Part shown: positions 25,453 to 36,514 of the stretch, in pieces
How the letters are laid out: the number at the start of each line of letters is the position of its first letter
Position numbering within the stretch: position 1 is the first letter of the stretch
NCBI GenBank assembly: GCA_963699015.1
Contig: CAVOSX010000008.1
Span: 241,804 to 305,803 of the forward strand
Length of the DNA: 64,000 nt
Reading direction: 5' to 3'
Source of the DNA: an uncultured Actinomycetes bacterium
Lineage (GTDB): Bacteria; Actinomycetota; Actinomycetes; Streptosporangiales; Streptosporangiaceae
Notes under the pieces: model-generated
Told to the model about the DNA's origin: nothing
What the model saw: the letters and a program-made list of their open reading frames with translations, nothing else
The model's database searches: none
Position numbers and translations under genes: made by a program

Positions 25453-28308
25453 TTAGGCCGTGGCCGGATAATTCAGGCCCAACATGACCGGAACGGCCCC
25501 GAACGGCATGCGGAATCGCCCGCCAGGCTTATCCGGTGCATTGCGCTCGTCTATCTTCGGCCAGCGCATGGTGAGGTGCTGAGCGGTCAGGCCCGCCACG
25601 GAATACGGGAATTCCATCGCCGACGTGTGGTGCGCCTTCAGCAGCGCTCCCCACCGGAAGGCCGCGAAAGCACTGGCGAGGTCCCGCACTGAGAGGTGTC
25701 CGCGACCGGTCAGGTCAATCCCGTACACGGCCCGGGCCAGCAGGATCAGATCGTGAGCACACTGCTCGAGCCCGGCTGACTTCGTTCGGTACACAGTTCC
25801 GTCGCTATTGACCGCGCCCAGCTTTTCCCCGTGTACGGGCGAAACGCGAGGCTGGGCCTGGCATTGCATCCAGTCGCAGGCAGCCACGAGCTGCCAGCCG
25901 ATGCCCGCGTTGCCGGCGATGTCCCGGTACAGCGGCTCGGCCTGGGTCAGCGGTCCCCTCGCGATGTTCGTGAAATCGTTCCTGACCGACCCAGGAAGTT
26001 GGCTCTGATACCTGCCGGTCACCAGCGCCGTCGTATGTGCGGTGATCACCCGCGCGTGATGCCGGGCCGGGCCGGACATCCGCTGGGCCGACCGGACCTG
26101 AGTCACCGGCGCCCTGGTCGCCGTAGACCGGTCCGGACTGAACCGCACGCCGTGACCCTGTGTGGCGCCGTGCGAGCGGGCAGACCCCGAGGCGGCCGCG
26201 GAGCTAGGCCCCGTAGGCTGCGGTACCCCCGGGATGTCCGGAATCTGCGGCGTCCCCCGCTGCGCGGCGGCGCTTCCTGGCGCCGTCGCTCCGGATGCCA
26301 TCGGCGGTGTGCCGGCCGGCGTCCGGGAGGTCCTCGGCGCCGTTCCGGTGCGGCTCGTACCGGTGGGTGCCGCAGTGGCCGGGACCGGGGAACCTGGCGC
26401 GCGCGGGGTCGCGACGGGTGCGGCCGGCGCGCTGGATGCGGGCGCCGGCGGGGTCGGTGCCGTGGGCGTTGGCTGCGGCGAAATCCCCGCCTGCGGGGTT
26501 CGCGCGGGCGAGCTGGGCGCCTGCGCGCGCGCAGTCGAGCGCTGCGGCCGCTGCGCGGCCGGTGCTGGCGCCCCGGGGATGTCGGCGGTCGGCATCGACG
26601 CGGGCGGAGCGGTGCTTCGCGGCGTTCCCGCCGGCCTCGAAGCGTGCGGTGGCACCGCGTGCGCGGCGCTGTCGTAGCGGTAGAGGTCGTACCGGTGCAT
26701 CAGGCCGATTAGCTTGGCCCCGTACCCGGGATCGGTCGCGTACACCCCGGTCAGGGACGACGCGAATGCGTTCGGATCATGGATCAGCGTCATCGACTGG
26801 CGGTACGGGCCGCCTGTGGCGAGCAGCCTGCCATGATCCTCGACGCTCTGGGCCATGCTGTGATACACGCGGAACGACGCGTTCTGCGAGACGGCCTGCC
26901 CGTTGACGAACTCCTGGGTGGGCTGCATGTCGCTGCCTGCCGGGCCGCTGCCCTTGATGCCGAACAGGTTGTGGTCTTTGAATGCGAGGAGACTTTGCCC
27001 CCAGCCGGACTCATCGATGGCCTGGGCGATCGTGACCGCGGCCGGGACCCCGTATTTGCGCTGGCTGGCCATGGCACCCTCGGCTACCGCCTTGATAAAG
27101 GCCTGCTGTGCATGCGAGGCGGGAATCGGCGGCGTCGCGGATGGCGGCTGGTGGCGCCGGTAGTGCGGGCTACGGGAGGCGGAGCCGCCGCCGGACGGAC
27201 GGTGCGCGCTGGTCAGCAGTCCGGGGATCGATGCCGCGCCGCGCTTGGCCGCCTGCAGCGTCGCGACCAGGCCTGAGCCTGCTGTACCCGGCACGTCAGG
27301 CGCGTCGGCCTCGTCCAGCGTGGCCTGACGCGCCGCGCTCGCGCGGCCGTGGATGTGTTCACTGACAGGGTGGTGCTGCCGGTGATCTGATGCCCTCGAA
27401 GCGCCGGAGCTCGCGCCGTGTTCGGCCGTGGCCGGGACACCTGCGCCTTGCAGCTCGCTGGCGACGGCGTGCCCCGCGGGCGCCGCCGCTGGTACCCCGG
27501 GGATCGACGCCTGCCCGGCAGCGAGGTGATGGTGGTGCCCCTGCCTGGCGGCGGTGGTCACCTGCTCGTGGCTGCGCGCCGCGTTGCTGGCGCTAGCCGC
27601 GAGCCCGCCGTTGTTGACGAACCCCACCACGCCCTGAGCGCCCAGCGGACCCGGGTACTGATGAGCATTGACCGAGAAATTCGGGAGCGAATCGCCACCG
27701 ATCGTGTGCAGTATCCCGCCGGAGTCGCCGGTGACTACCTCGACATGGCCATCGAAGAGTACCCAGTCGCCAGGCAGCGGCTGGTAGCCGTCCCCGAGCG
27801 GATGCCAGCGATCGTGCGCATGTGCGTCCTGGAGGAGCGAGGTGACGCCGAGGGACGCAGGATTCGGGTCTACGCGTGCGTCCACCCAAGAGTGCATCGG
27901 CCATGGGTATGAGGTCCCTCCGGTGACCCAGCTTTGCTGGCCGACTACCTCGGCGCCCAATTCCAGGGTCAGGCTCGCGAATGCGGCGCACGAGGGACCG
28001 TGGTCTGCGCCGTTGATGCTGTCACGCTGCCAGATCAGCGCTTCCATCTCACCGGGAGGCTTGCTCTGTGCCATCCGCAGGTAGTAGTGGGCCACGTTGA
28101 CGATGGCCGAGCGCAGCGGTGCCTCATCGGCCGCCGGGGGCTGGGCAGCCTGCTGGTGGGCCAGCAGGCGGATGTGCGCGCTGGCGGGCGACGCAAGATC
28201 AGCTGCCGTGCTTCCCGGGATCAGCGAAAAACCAGTCATCGCTCCGCCAGTGCCGAGGCTGACCAGCGCTGTCATCTGCTGCCAGCGAGGCTTGCTGGCG
28301 GGTTGCAT
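25453..28308 (-). CDS. multidomain peptidoglycan hydrolase: N-terminal CHAP-like domain, central glucosaminidase domain, uncharacterised C-terminal domain, separated by Pro/Ala/Thr-rich linkers
   Basis: CHAP-like Cys/His arrangement (GPSCAAFASLTL … PGDWVLFDGHVEVVTGDSGGILHTIGGDS). Glucosaminidase motif (GVPAAVTIAQAIDESGWGQSLLAFKDHNLFGIKG…YHSMAQSVEDHGRLL). About 300 aa of P/A/T/S-rich linkers. C-terminal about 180-aa Cys-containing domain (…ACDWMQCQ…) of unknown family. GAGGTG RBS before ATG 28308. Confidence 0.75.
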   Translation of the reverse strand: MQPASKPRWQQMTALVSLGTGGAMTGFSLIPGSTAADLASPASAHIRLLAHQQAAQPPAADEAPLRSAIVNVAHYYLRMAQSKPPGEMEALIWQRDSINGADHGPSCAAFASLTLELGAEVVGQQSWVTGGTSYPWPMHSWVDARVDPNPASLGVTSLLQDAHAHDRWHPLGDGYQPLPGDWVLFDGHVEVVTGDSGGILHTIGGDSLPNFSVNAHQYPGPLGAQGVVGFVNNGGLAASASNAARSHEQVTTAARQGHHHHLAAGQASIPGVPAAAPAGHAVASELQGAGVPATAEHGASSGASRASDHRQHHPVSEHIHGRASAARQATLDEADAPDVPGTAGSGLVATLQAAKRGAASIPGLLTSAHRPSGGGSASRSPHYRRHQPPSATPPIPASHAQQAFIKAVAEGAMASQRKYGVPAAVTIAQAIDESGWGQSLLAFKDHNLFGIKGSGPAGSDMQPTQEFVNGQAVSQNASFRVYHSMAQSVEDHGRLLATGGPYRQSMTLIHDPNAFASSLTGVYATDPGYGAKLIGLMHRYDLYRYDSAAHAVPPHASRPAGTPRSTAPPASMPTADIPGAPAPAAQRPQRSTARAQAPSSPARTPQAGISPQPTPTAPTPPAPASSAPAAPVATPRAPGSPVPATAAPTGTSRTGTAPRTSRTPAGTPPMASGATAPGSAAAQRGTPQIPDIPGVPQPTGPSSAAASGSARSHGATQGHGVRFSPDRSTATRAPVTQVRSAQRMSGPARHHARVITAHTTALVTGRYQSQLPGSVRNDFTNIARGPLTQAEPLYRDIAGNAGIGWQLVAACDWMQCQAQPRVSPVHGEKLGAVNSDGTVYRTKSAGLEQCAHDLILLARAVYGIDLTGRGHLSVRDLASAFAAFRWGALLKAHHTSAMEFPYSVAGLTAQHLTMRWPKIDERNAPDKPGGRFRMPFGAVPVMLGLNYPATA

Positions 28309-28360
28309 CGGTTCACCTCATTTCTCGTTCTGACCGGGGAAGCGGTGTGATGGACGTGGA

Positions 28361-29317
28361 CTACGCTTGCGGTCCGGTAGTCGCCAGGCGCTTGAGAATG
28401 GCCTGGACGCGCGGGTCGCCCGGGTTCTTGGCGTTCTGGAACAACACGGCCGCATCCTGAGCCGCTGCCGGAGCGGCTCCGACGACCCACTTCCGGTAGA
28501 CGTCGCTGACCAGGGCGGCCTGACCGGCCGGCGTCTCGATCGCCTTGGCGCAAAGCGGGGGATACCCCTGACGCGCGGTCAGCGCCGCCGACCCGGTGTA
28601 CCGCTGGCAATTGGCCGGGTCGCTCTCCAGCCCGGGCTGCACGTCAGGCTGTCCGTTCGCCCTGGTCAAGGTGGCGCCGCCGATGATGTTGTTGATGGCC
28701 CGCGCGGCGACCTGCAGGCTATCGACGGGAGTCGTCGGGTCGTAGGGATGATGCAGGTTCAGCGTCCAGGCCACCGCTCCCCCCTGAGAGGGAGTGATCG
28801 GTTCCAGGCCCACCCGGCCGGTCTTGGCGCTGGCGAATTGCGGATTGTTGTCGCTGGTCAGCAGCGCGAGTACCCAGAGAATCTGCCGCGTGTGCTCCCC
28901 GCAGGCGAAATTGAGCTGACTCGGCTCAGCTTTCACGTCGGGGTTCTGGCAGGCCTCGGTGAGCTCGTTCTGCACGGTTGTCACGCTGGCCGGCCAGGAG
29001 GCTCCACCGCGGGACAGTGCTATCGCCGCGAGCACGACAAGCGCGGCCACCGCAGCGCTGACGGCCGCCATTTTCCTGCGGCGCCACGAACCGCGGCGCT
29101 TGGCGCTGGACCGGCCGTAGTCAAGGAGCCGCCGAGTGCGTTCATCAGGGTAGTGAACCGGACCGCCTGAATGCGTGGCCCCCGCCGACCCGGCGAGCTC
29201 CTGTTCGAGTGAGATCCGCGCGTCGGAGAGCCGGCGCTCAAGCTCAGCCGTCTTGTCCTCTAGGTCAGCGAGGCGCTCGCTCCTGACCTTTCCGTTGTAT
29301 TCAGCGTGCGCTTTCAT
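28361..29317 (-). CDS. hypothetical membrane-anchored protein with N-terminal coiled coil, first gene of the peptidoglycan-hydrolase operon
   Basis: Start at MKAHAEYNGKV (29317). Coiled-coil-like cytoplasmic segment, one TM helix (AAVSAAVAALVVLAAIAL), about 200-aa extracytoplasmic domain with several Cys. Confidence 0.45.
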   Translation of the reverse strand: MKAHAEYNGKVRSERLADLEDKTAELERRLSDARISLEQELAGSAGATHSGGPVHYPDERTRRLLDYGRSSAKRRGSWRRRKMAAVSAAVAALVVLAAIALSRGGASWPASVTTVQNELTEACQNPDVKAEPSQLNFACGEHTRQILWVLALLTSDNNPQFASAKTGRVGLEPITPSQGGAVAWTLNLHHPYDPTTPVDSLQVAARAINNIIGGATLTRANGQPDVQPGLESDPANCQRYTGSAALTARQGYPPLCAKAIETPAGQAALVSDVYRKWVVGAAPAAAQDAAVLFQNAKNPGDPRVQAILKRLATTGPQA

Positions 29318-29502
29318 CCTTGCCTCTGACCCGTGTTGGCTCCGTGGACTATCCGACGGGTGGTTGCGCCGCACGCCGGGTCCCCGGGATGCTCGCTACG
29401 GCGCGGCGACCACGGCGTTAGCAGCCGTCCTGTCGCGTCGCGGCGGCAGGACTGGCGATGCAGGCCGCCGGCCTGGGAGGTGACGTGAAGCATGGACGCA
29501 AT

Positions 29503-29518
29503 TAGAACATACGTGCGA
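29503..29518. promoter_or_regulatory. SOS-box-like palindrome TAGAACATACGTGCGA (candidate LexA operator) in divergent intergenic region
   Basis: Matches the actinobacterial LexA consensus TCGAAC-N4-GTTCGA at 14/16 positions. A perfect half-site GTTCGAAC lies at about 29555-29562. Located between the divergently transcribed genes starting at 29317 (-) and 29680 (+). Confidence 0.35.
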
Positions 29519-29679
29519 TCCGAAGTGAAGACCCAACCCCGGCAAGGGTACATTCGTTCGAACAGGCGGCGCCCCGGGGGGCCGTGGCCAACCGCACCAC
29601 CCGCAACCGCACCAAATGTGCGCGACTTTCCGCCCCGTCCGTGCCGCAACCGGAGGCTCACGGGCGCATACTGGTAGTG

Positions 29680-29904
29680 ATGAAGCCAGCCCGCGCCCCG
29701 CAGAGGCGCCCTCTGCCAGGAAGCCCCTTCAATACCCCTGCCGTCGTCCGCCCGGTCAAGACCTTCGCGCTCAGCGATCAGGTCACCCATGACCGGTACG
29801 GCCTGGGCCGTGTGATCGAGGTGGACGATGCCGCCGTGCTCGTCGACTTCGGTGACCGCACCGAGCGAATCTTCGAGCCGTACCCGAAGCTCACCAGGCT
29901 CTGA
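29680..29904 (+). CDS. small protein with UvrD/PcrA-helicase C-terminal-like (Tudor-like) domain
   Basis: 74 aa. DQVTHDRYGLGRVIEVDDAAVLVDFGDRTERIF fits the G-x-V-x-H-x-x-F/Y-G-x-G-x-V...V-x-F pattern of the UvrD C-terminal domain found as standalone small proteins in actinobacteria. Confidence 0.5.
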   Translation: MKPARAPQRRPLPGSPFNTPAVVRPVKTFALSDQVTHDRYGLGRVIEVDDAAVLVDFGDRTERIFEPYPKLTRL

Positions 29905-30162
29905 CGGTTCGGCGGCTCGCCCCGGTCGGCCCGGGGCGTCCAGCCGCGTCTTGCGCTCTGTCGCGACGGAGCGCAAGATCGGCGGCGCACCCCAGGGGCA
30001 TGTCCGTCGAGCCGTGACGCAGGCCGAGCCTGATCTTCTCAGCTGGCTGCTGGAGGCGTGGTACCCGCGTGCTGCCGGGCCGAGCGTCGCCGGCGCACTC
30101 ACGCGGTGCGGCCGCGTGGCGTATCCGGACTGACTGCAGACCCGATAGCAGGGAGAAGCAGC

Positions 30163-30516
30163 GTGGCCGATGACTGGGCCAGACCGGTGGTGCACTGGGA
30201 GATCGTGAGCCGCGACCCGCAGCGCCAGGCCGCCTTCTACCGCGAGCTGTTCAACTGGCAGGTAGGCGAGGGTCCGGTGATACAGATCCCGGCCGGGCTG
30301 GGAGGGCCCGAGCCGGGTCCGGGCGGGCACATCCGGCGCGGCGACCAGCCCGCCGTCGTCCTCTACGTGCAGGTCCGGGACCTGCGCGCCTCGCTGGCTC
30401 GCGCGCAGGAACTCGGCGCCGGGCTCGTAGCTGAGCCCTTCGACGTCCCGGGCGGCCCCACTCTGGCCGCCGTGCAGGACCCGGAGGGCAACCCGCTGAT
30501 GCTCGTGCAGCAGTGA
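30163..30516 (+). CDS. VOC family (glyoxalase/bleomycin-resistance fold) protein
   Basis: About 117 aa. VVHWEIVSRDPQRQAAFYRELFNW...VQVRDLRASLARAQELGAGLVAEPFDVPGGPTLAAVQDPEGNPLMLVQ, a typical single-module VOC protein. GTG start assumed. Confidence 0.6.
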   Translation: MADDWARPVVHWEIVSRDPQRQAAFYRELFNWQVGEGPVIQIPAGLGGPEPGPGGHIRRGDQPAVVLYVQVRDLRASLARAQELGAGLVAEPFDVPGGPTLAAVQDPEGNPLMLVQQ

Positions 30517-30522
30517 GACGGC

Positions 30523-30798
30523 CTAGTCCAGCGGCCAGAAGCGCTCGCTGGTAACCGACGAGCCGTCCACTAGCGCCATGAAGGCGCCCACTACCGGGTC
30601 GCCGTCCCACCGGGCGGCGCAGGCGTCGGCGTCGGAGGCCGAGCGCCACAAGTCGATGACGATCCAGCTTCCGTCCCCTCCTCGCGCGGTCGTCCTCCTG
30701 AGCAGGCCGGGCTGCTGGTAGGCAAACTCCTGTTGCAGCCTGCGGTCGGCGGCGATGAGGTCCGCCTCGTCGCCCCCGGGCCCAAGCCGGAATCTCAT
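30523..30798 (-). CDS. small ABM/Dabb-like (ferredoxin-fold) protein candidate
   Basis: About 91 aa from ATG 30798 (MRFRLGPGGDEADLIAADRRLQQEFAYQQPGLLRRTTARGGDGSWIVIDLWRSASDADA…). Size and pattern are compatible with an ABM domain. The longer listed ORF is upstream read-through. Confidence 0.35.
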   Translation of the reverse strand: MRFRLGPGGDEADLIAADRRLQQEFAYQQPGLLRRTTARGGDGSWIVIDLWRSASDADACAARWDGDPVVGAFMALVDGSSVTSERFWPLD

Positions 30799-30899
30799 GA
30801 TCTCGATCACGCGTGCGAGCCTAGTTCCCGGCGCACGCCGGGCGTCCCGACTGAGCCGGCTCTGGCCGGCCAGGCCGCGCTGTGCCGCGGGTTGCGAGG

Positions 30900-30990
30900 A
30901 TGGGAGCTGCCGGATACCAGTGGCTGCGCTGCGCGTCCCACGCGAGCTGCCGGATACCAATGGCTGCGCTGCGCGTACCACGCGAGCTGC
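30900..30990. repeat. 2.2 tandem copies of a 42-bp unit upstream of the small ABM-like gene
   Basis: GAGCTGCCGGATACCAGTGGCTGCGCTGCGCGTCCCACGC / GAGCTGCCGGATACCAATGGCTGCGCTGCGCGTACCACGC / GAGCTGCTG…; two substitutions between copies. Confidence 0.8.
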
Positions 30991-31085
30991 TGATCTGCGG
31001 TCTTGCCGGCCTGCGAGCACTTAGCCCCCTTCGCGGGGATATGGTGGTGCCCTCCAGGCTCAGCTGGTAGGAGAGGCGGCGCCCC

Positions 31086-31328
31086 GTGGTTCGGGACACG
31101 GCACCGATCGGCCGGGTGGGGGTACTGACGCTCGGAACGAGAGGACCGGGCGGTCCCGGGGAAGTGCTCGTCCGGGTCCGCGGCGGTACGGAAACGTATA
31201 TTGCCTGGTCCGAACGGCCGTTGGCCAAGGACGCGACTGTCCTGGTCATCGACTCCCGCGGTGCCCGGGCGGTCGACGTGATCGAATGGCTCGGCGCACC
31301 GGACACCGGTACGGACGACCTGGGGTAG
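31086..31328 (+). CDS. NfeD-like short OB-fold protein (flotillin-associated)
   Basis: 80 aa. GRVGVLTLGTRGPGGPGEVLVRVRGGTETYIAWSE…ATVLVIDSRGARAV matches the NfeD C-terminal beta-barrel. It immediately precedes a flotillin gene, the canonical pairing. Confidence 0.6.
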   Translation: MVRDTAPIGRVGVLTLGTRGPGGPGEVLVRVRGGTETYIAWSERPLAKDATVLVIDSRGARAVDVIEWLGAPDTGTDDLG

Positions 31329-31400
31329 TCAGCCAGAGGCGCGCCAGCCGGCCTGGTACCGGCAGCAGCGGGGGGATGAGCACGCTAAGGAGATAGTGAG

Positions 31401-32600
31401 ATGTTCGGATACCGAGTCCCCGCGGCCGACCAGGCCATGCTGATTTCCGGCGGCAGGCGCGCCAGGAGCGGGGTGCCGTTCCGCGTCGTGGTCGGCCACG
31501 GCGCCTTCGTGAACCCGTTGCTGCGCCGGGTCGGCATGCTGTCGCTGGCCATGCGCGAGGCCGAAGTCCAGGAGACCTGTGTCACCGGGCAGGGCATCTC
31601 GGTGAACGTCCGCGCGATCATCGCGTTCAAGGTCGGGAACGACGACGAGAGCATCGTCAACGCGGGTCAGCGGTTCCTGTCCGACCAGGATCAGATGGCC
31701 GTCCTGACCGGGCGAATCTTCTCCGGTCACCTGCGGTCGATCGTCGGCTCGATGACCGTCGAGGAGATCGTCACCGAGCGGCAGAAGCTGGCCACCGAGG
31801 TGCTCGACGGCTCGAAGGGCGAGATGGCCAAGATCGGTCTCACCGTCGACTCGCTGCAGATCCAGTCCATCGACGACATGGGCACCGGCTACATCGACGC
31901 GATGGCTGCCCCGCACGTGTCGGCCATCCAGCGTCAGGCCAAGGTCGCCCAGGCGCAGGCCGACCAGGCCTCGGCCGAGGCCCAGCAGGCATCGCAGCGC
32001 AAGCAGGCCGAGTTCGCCCGGCAGACCGCCGTCGTACAGGCCCAGTACAAGGCCGAGGTGGACACGGCCCAGGCCGAGGCGTCTCAGGCCGGCCCGCTCG
32101 CGCAGGCGCACGCGCAGCAGGAAGTGCTCACGATGCAAACCAAGCTGGCCGAGCGCAACGCCGCGCTGCGACAGCAGCAGCTGGTGGCCGAGGTTGTCAA
32201 GCCCGCCGAAGCAGAAGCCGAGAAGGTGCGTACCCTGGCCCAGGCCGACGCGGAGCGGACGAGGATCCTGGCCGAGGCGGCGGCCTCGCATAACCGCGTC
32301 GCGCTCGACCGGACGCTGATCGATCAGCTGCCGCAGATCGTCAAGGAGGCCGCTGCCGGCCTGGCCGGAGCCAACATCAGCGTGCTGAACGGCGCCGATG
32401 GCCTGAGCGAGATCGCCGCGGGGCTGGTCGGTCAGGGGATGGCCATCCTGGACTCGGTGAAGGGAAGCCTGGGCACGGCGGACAAGCTTCCCGCGCCTGG
32501 CTTGCCGGTCGGCACGCTGCGCCAGGACGAGGCCGCGGTCGAGCGGTCATCGGCCGCACGGCCGGTTGAGGCGCCGCGCCGGGGTGAGGCCGCCGGCTGA
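31401..32600 (+). CDS. flotillin-like SPFH/band-7 domain protein
   Basis: SPFH domain at the N-terminus. Long Ala/Gln/Glu-rich coiled-coil flotillin region (AQAQADQASAEAQQASQRKQAEFARQTAVVQAQYKAEVDTAQAEA…). AAGGAG RBS before ATG 31401. Confidence 0.8.
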   Translation: MFGYRVPAADQAMLISGGRRARSGVPFRVVVGHGAFVNPLLRRVGMLSLAMREAEVQETCVTGQGISVNVRAIIAFKVGNDDESIVNAGQRFLSDQDQMAVLTGRIFSGHLRSIVGSMTVEEIVTERQKLATEVLDGSKGEMAKIGLTVDSLQIQSIDDMGTGYIDAMAAPHVSAIQRQAKVAQAQADQASAEAQQASQRKQAEFARQTAVVQAQYKAEVDTAQAEASQAGPLAQAHAQQEVLTMQTKLAERNAALRQQQLVAEVVKPAEAEAEKVRTLAQADAERTRILAEAAASHNRVALDRTLIDQLPQIVKEAAAGLAGANISVLNGADGLSEIAAGLVGQGMAILDSVKGSLGTADKLPAPGLPVGTLRQDEAAVERSSAARPVEAPRRGEAAG

Positions 32601-32710
32601 CGCTGGCAATATCCTGGCCGCAACCATGCAGCGGGTATGAACACTGCTCGTGATCGCTGTCACGCCCAGGGAGCGGCAGCGAGATCACCCAACCGGAAGG
32701 AACAGCGGGG

Positions 32711-33796
32711 ATGACAGCCAAGGTGCAGGGCGTGGTGGCGGCGGCCAAGGGCGCGCCGGTGGAACTGACCACGGTGCTGGTACCTGACCCGGGGCCCGGC
32801 GAGGCGCTCGTCCGGATCCAGGCGTGCGGAGTCTGCCACACCGACCTGCACTATCGCGAGGGCGGCATCGGCGATGACTTTCCCTACCTGCTCGGGCACG
32901 AGGCCGCGGGCGTAGTGGAAGCCGTGGGCGATGACGTGAATGACGTGGCGCCCGGTGACTTCGTGATCCTCAACTGGCGCGCGGTGTGCGGCGAGTGCCG
33001 CGCGTGCGCGCGGGGCAAGCCGTGGTACTGCTTCGCCACCCGCAACGCCAGCCAGAAGATGACGCTGGCGGATGGCACCCCGCTGTCGCCGGCCCTCGGG
33101 ATTGGCGCGTTCGTGGAGAAGACACTGGTGGCGGCCGGGCAGTGCACCAAGGTGAATCCGGCGATCCGGCCCGAGGTGGCCGGGTTGCTGGGCTGCGGCG
33201 TGATGGCCGGGCTCGGTGCCGCGCTCAACACCGGCGGGGTCGGCAGGGGCGACTCGGTCGCGGTCATCGGGTGCGGCGGCGTGGGCGGCGGCGCGCTGCT
33301 CGGCGCGGCGCTGGCCGGCGCGCGGACGATCATCGCCGTGGACGTGGATGACCGCAAGCTCGACTGGGCCCGGGAGTTCGGCGCGACGCACGTGATCAAT
33401 TCTGGGCAAGCCGACCCGGTGGCGAGCATCCGCGAGCTGACCGGAGGGTTCGGGGCCGATGTGGTGATCGAGGCGATTGGCCGGCCAGAGACGTACGAGC
33501 AGGCGTTCTACGCCCGCGATCTGGCCGGGACCGTCGTGCTCGTCGGCGTGCCCACCCCCGAGATGCGGCTGGACATGCCGCTGCTCGACTTCTTCGGCCG
33601 CGGCGGTGCACTCAAGTCGTCGTGGTACGGCGACTGCCTTCCCAGCCGGGATTTCCCCATGCTCGTGGATCTGCACCTGCAGGGTCGGCTGCCGCTGGAG
33701 AAGTTCGTGTCCGAGACCATCGGGGTGGGCCAGGTGGAAGAGGCATTCGCCAAGATGGGCCGGGGCGAGGTGCTGCGCTCGGTCGTGACGTTCTGA
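32711..33796 (+). CDS. mscR: zinc-dependent class III alcohol dehydrogenase, S-(hydroxymethyl)mycothiol dehydrogenase-like
   Basis: GVCHTDLHY catalytic-zinc motif. Structural-zinc Cys cluster ([15 protein letters not shown]). Rossmann GxGxxG (VIGCGGVGG). Length 361 aa. Confidence 0.8.
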   Translation: MTAKVQGVVAAAKGAPVELTTVLVPDPGPGEALVRIQACGVCHTDLHYREGGIGDDFPYLLGHEAAGVVEAVGDDVNDVAPGDFVILNWRAVCGECRACARGKPWYCFATRNASQKMTLADGTPLSPALGIGAFVEKTLVAAGQCTKVNPAIRPEVAGLLGCGVMAGLGAALNTGGVGRGDSVAVIGCGGVGGGALLGAALAGARTIIAVDVDDRKLDWAREFGATHVINSGQADPVASIRELTGGFGADVVIEAIGRPETYEQAFYARDLAGTVVLVGVPTPEMRLDMPLLDFFGRGGALKSSWYGDCLPSRDFPMLVDLHLQGRLPLEKFVSETIGVGQVEEAFAKMGRGEVLRSVVTF

Positions 33797-33845
33797 TCCT
33801 CTTCGCGGGCCGCCGCGATGTCGGCTGCGGGCCGCGGTCAGCCGG

Positions 33846-34436
33846 TCACGGGTGGATCGTCTTGTGCTCGTTCAGCATCGCGACGTACTTCGCGATGCGC
33901 CCGGCCCGGGTCTGCGCGCGCTTCGCGTCCTGAATCCGGTACAGGATCGCGTACCGGTTCACGGCGCTCAGCGTGGCGAAGAACTCCTTCGCCACCGGGT
34001 TGAGGTCGAGGGCACGCGCCAGGTCTGGCGGCACGGCGATGGTGGCCTGCCCGTCGTAGGCGGCGTCCCAGCGGCCGTCGGCGCGGGCCGCATCGACCTC
34101 GCGCTGCCCGGCGGGCTGCATCCCGCCCTCGGCGACCAGCCGTTCCGCCTTCTCGCGGTTGATCTTCGACCAGCGGCTGCGCGGCTTGCGCGGTGTGAAG
34201 CGCTGCAGCCAGTACTCGTCGTCGAGCGCGCCCTTCTGCCCGTCGATCCAGCCGTAGCACAGCGCGCCGTCGACCGCCTCGGCGTAGCTGACGGTCGGGG
34301 TTGCCGCACCCTTCTTCGCGATCTTGAGCCACAGTCCGGACGAGGTCCGGTGGTGCTCTGCCAGCCAGTCCCGCCATGACCGCAGGGAGCCGAAGGCGAG
34401 CACCGGGAGGTCGTCGGGAGGCACCTGCCCAGTCAA
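33846..34436 (-). CDS. YdeI/OmpD-associated family protein
   Basis: 196 aa with the family's hallmark segments (LRSWRDWLAEHH…GLWLKIAKKGA…YGWIDGQ…WSKINREKAERLVAEGGMQPAG). Confidence 0.7.
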   Translation of the reverse strand: MTGQVPPDDLPVLAFGSLRSWRDWLAEHHRTSSGLWLKIAKKGAATPTVSYAEAVDGALCYGWIDGQKGALDDEYWLQRFTPRKPRSRWSKINREKAERLVAEGGMQPAGQREVDAARADGRWDAAYDGQATIAVPPDLARALDLNPVAKEFFATLSAVNRYAILYRIQDAKRAQTRAGRIAKYVAMLNEHKTIHP

Positions 34437-34466
34437 TCACGCAGGCGCCGCGCTGCCCCGCCTTAC

Positions 34467-36417
<1,951 letters not shown>

Positions 36418-36448
36418 GGCGCACCTCCGCGATGGATAGGCAAGTAGA

Positions 36449-36492
36449 TTGCCTTTATTGTCAAGTGACTTGCGCAACTTGTCAAGGCAATT
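36449..36492. promoter_or_regulatory. nested imperfect palindrome (candidate MarR operator) in cupin/MarR divergent promoter region
   Basis: ATTGCCTT-tattgtcaagtgacttgcgcaacttgtc-AAGGCAAT. Perfect 8-bp outer inverted repeat with an inner CAAGT…ACTTG inverted repeat. Confidence 0.4.
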
Positions 36493-36514
36493 GACAAATT
36501 GGCAGACTGGCCCC

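Noticed and set aside
31329-32291. 320-aa ORF antisense to the flotillin gene
   Set aside because: Gly/Leu/Arg-rich translation with no motif. It is a typical high-GC shadow ORF opposite a well-supported gene.
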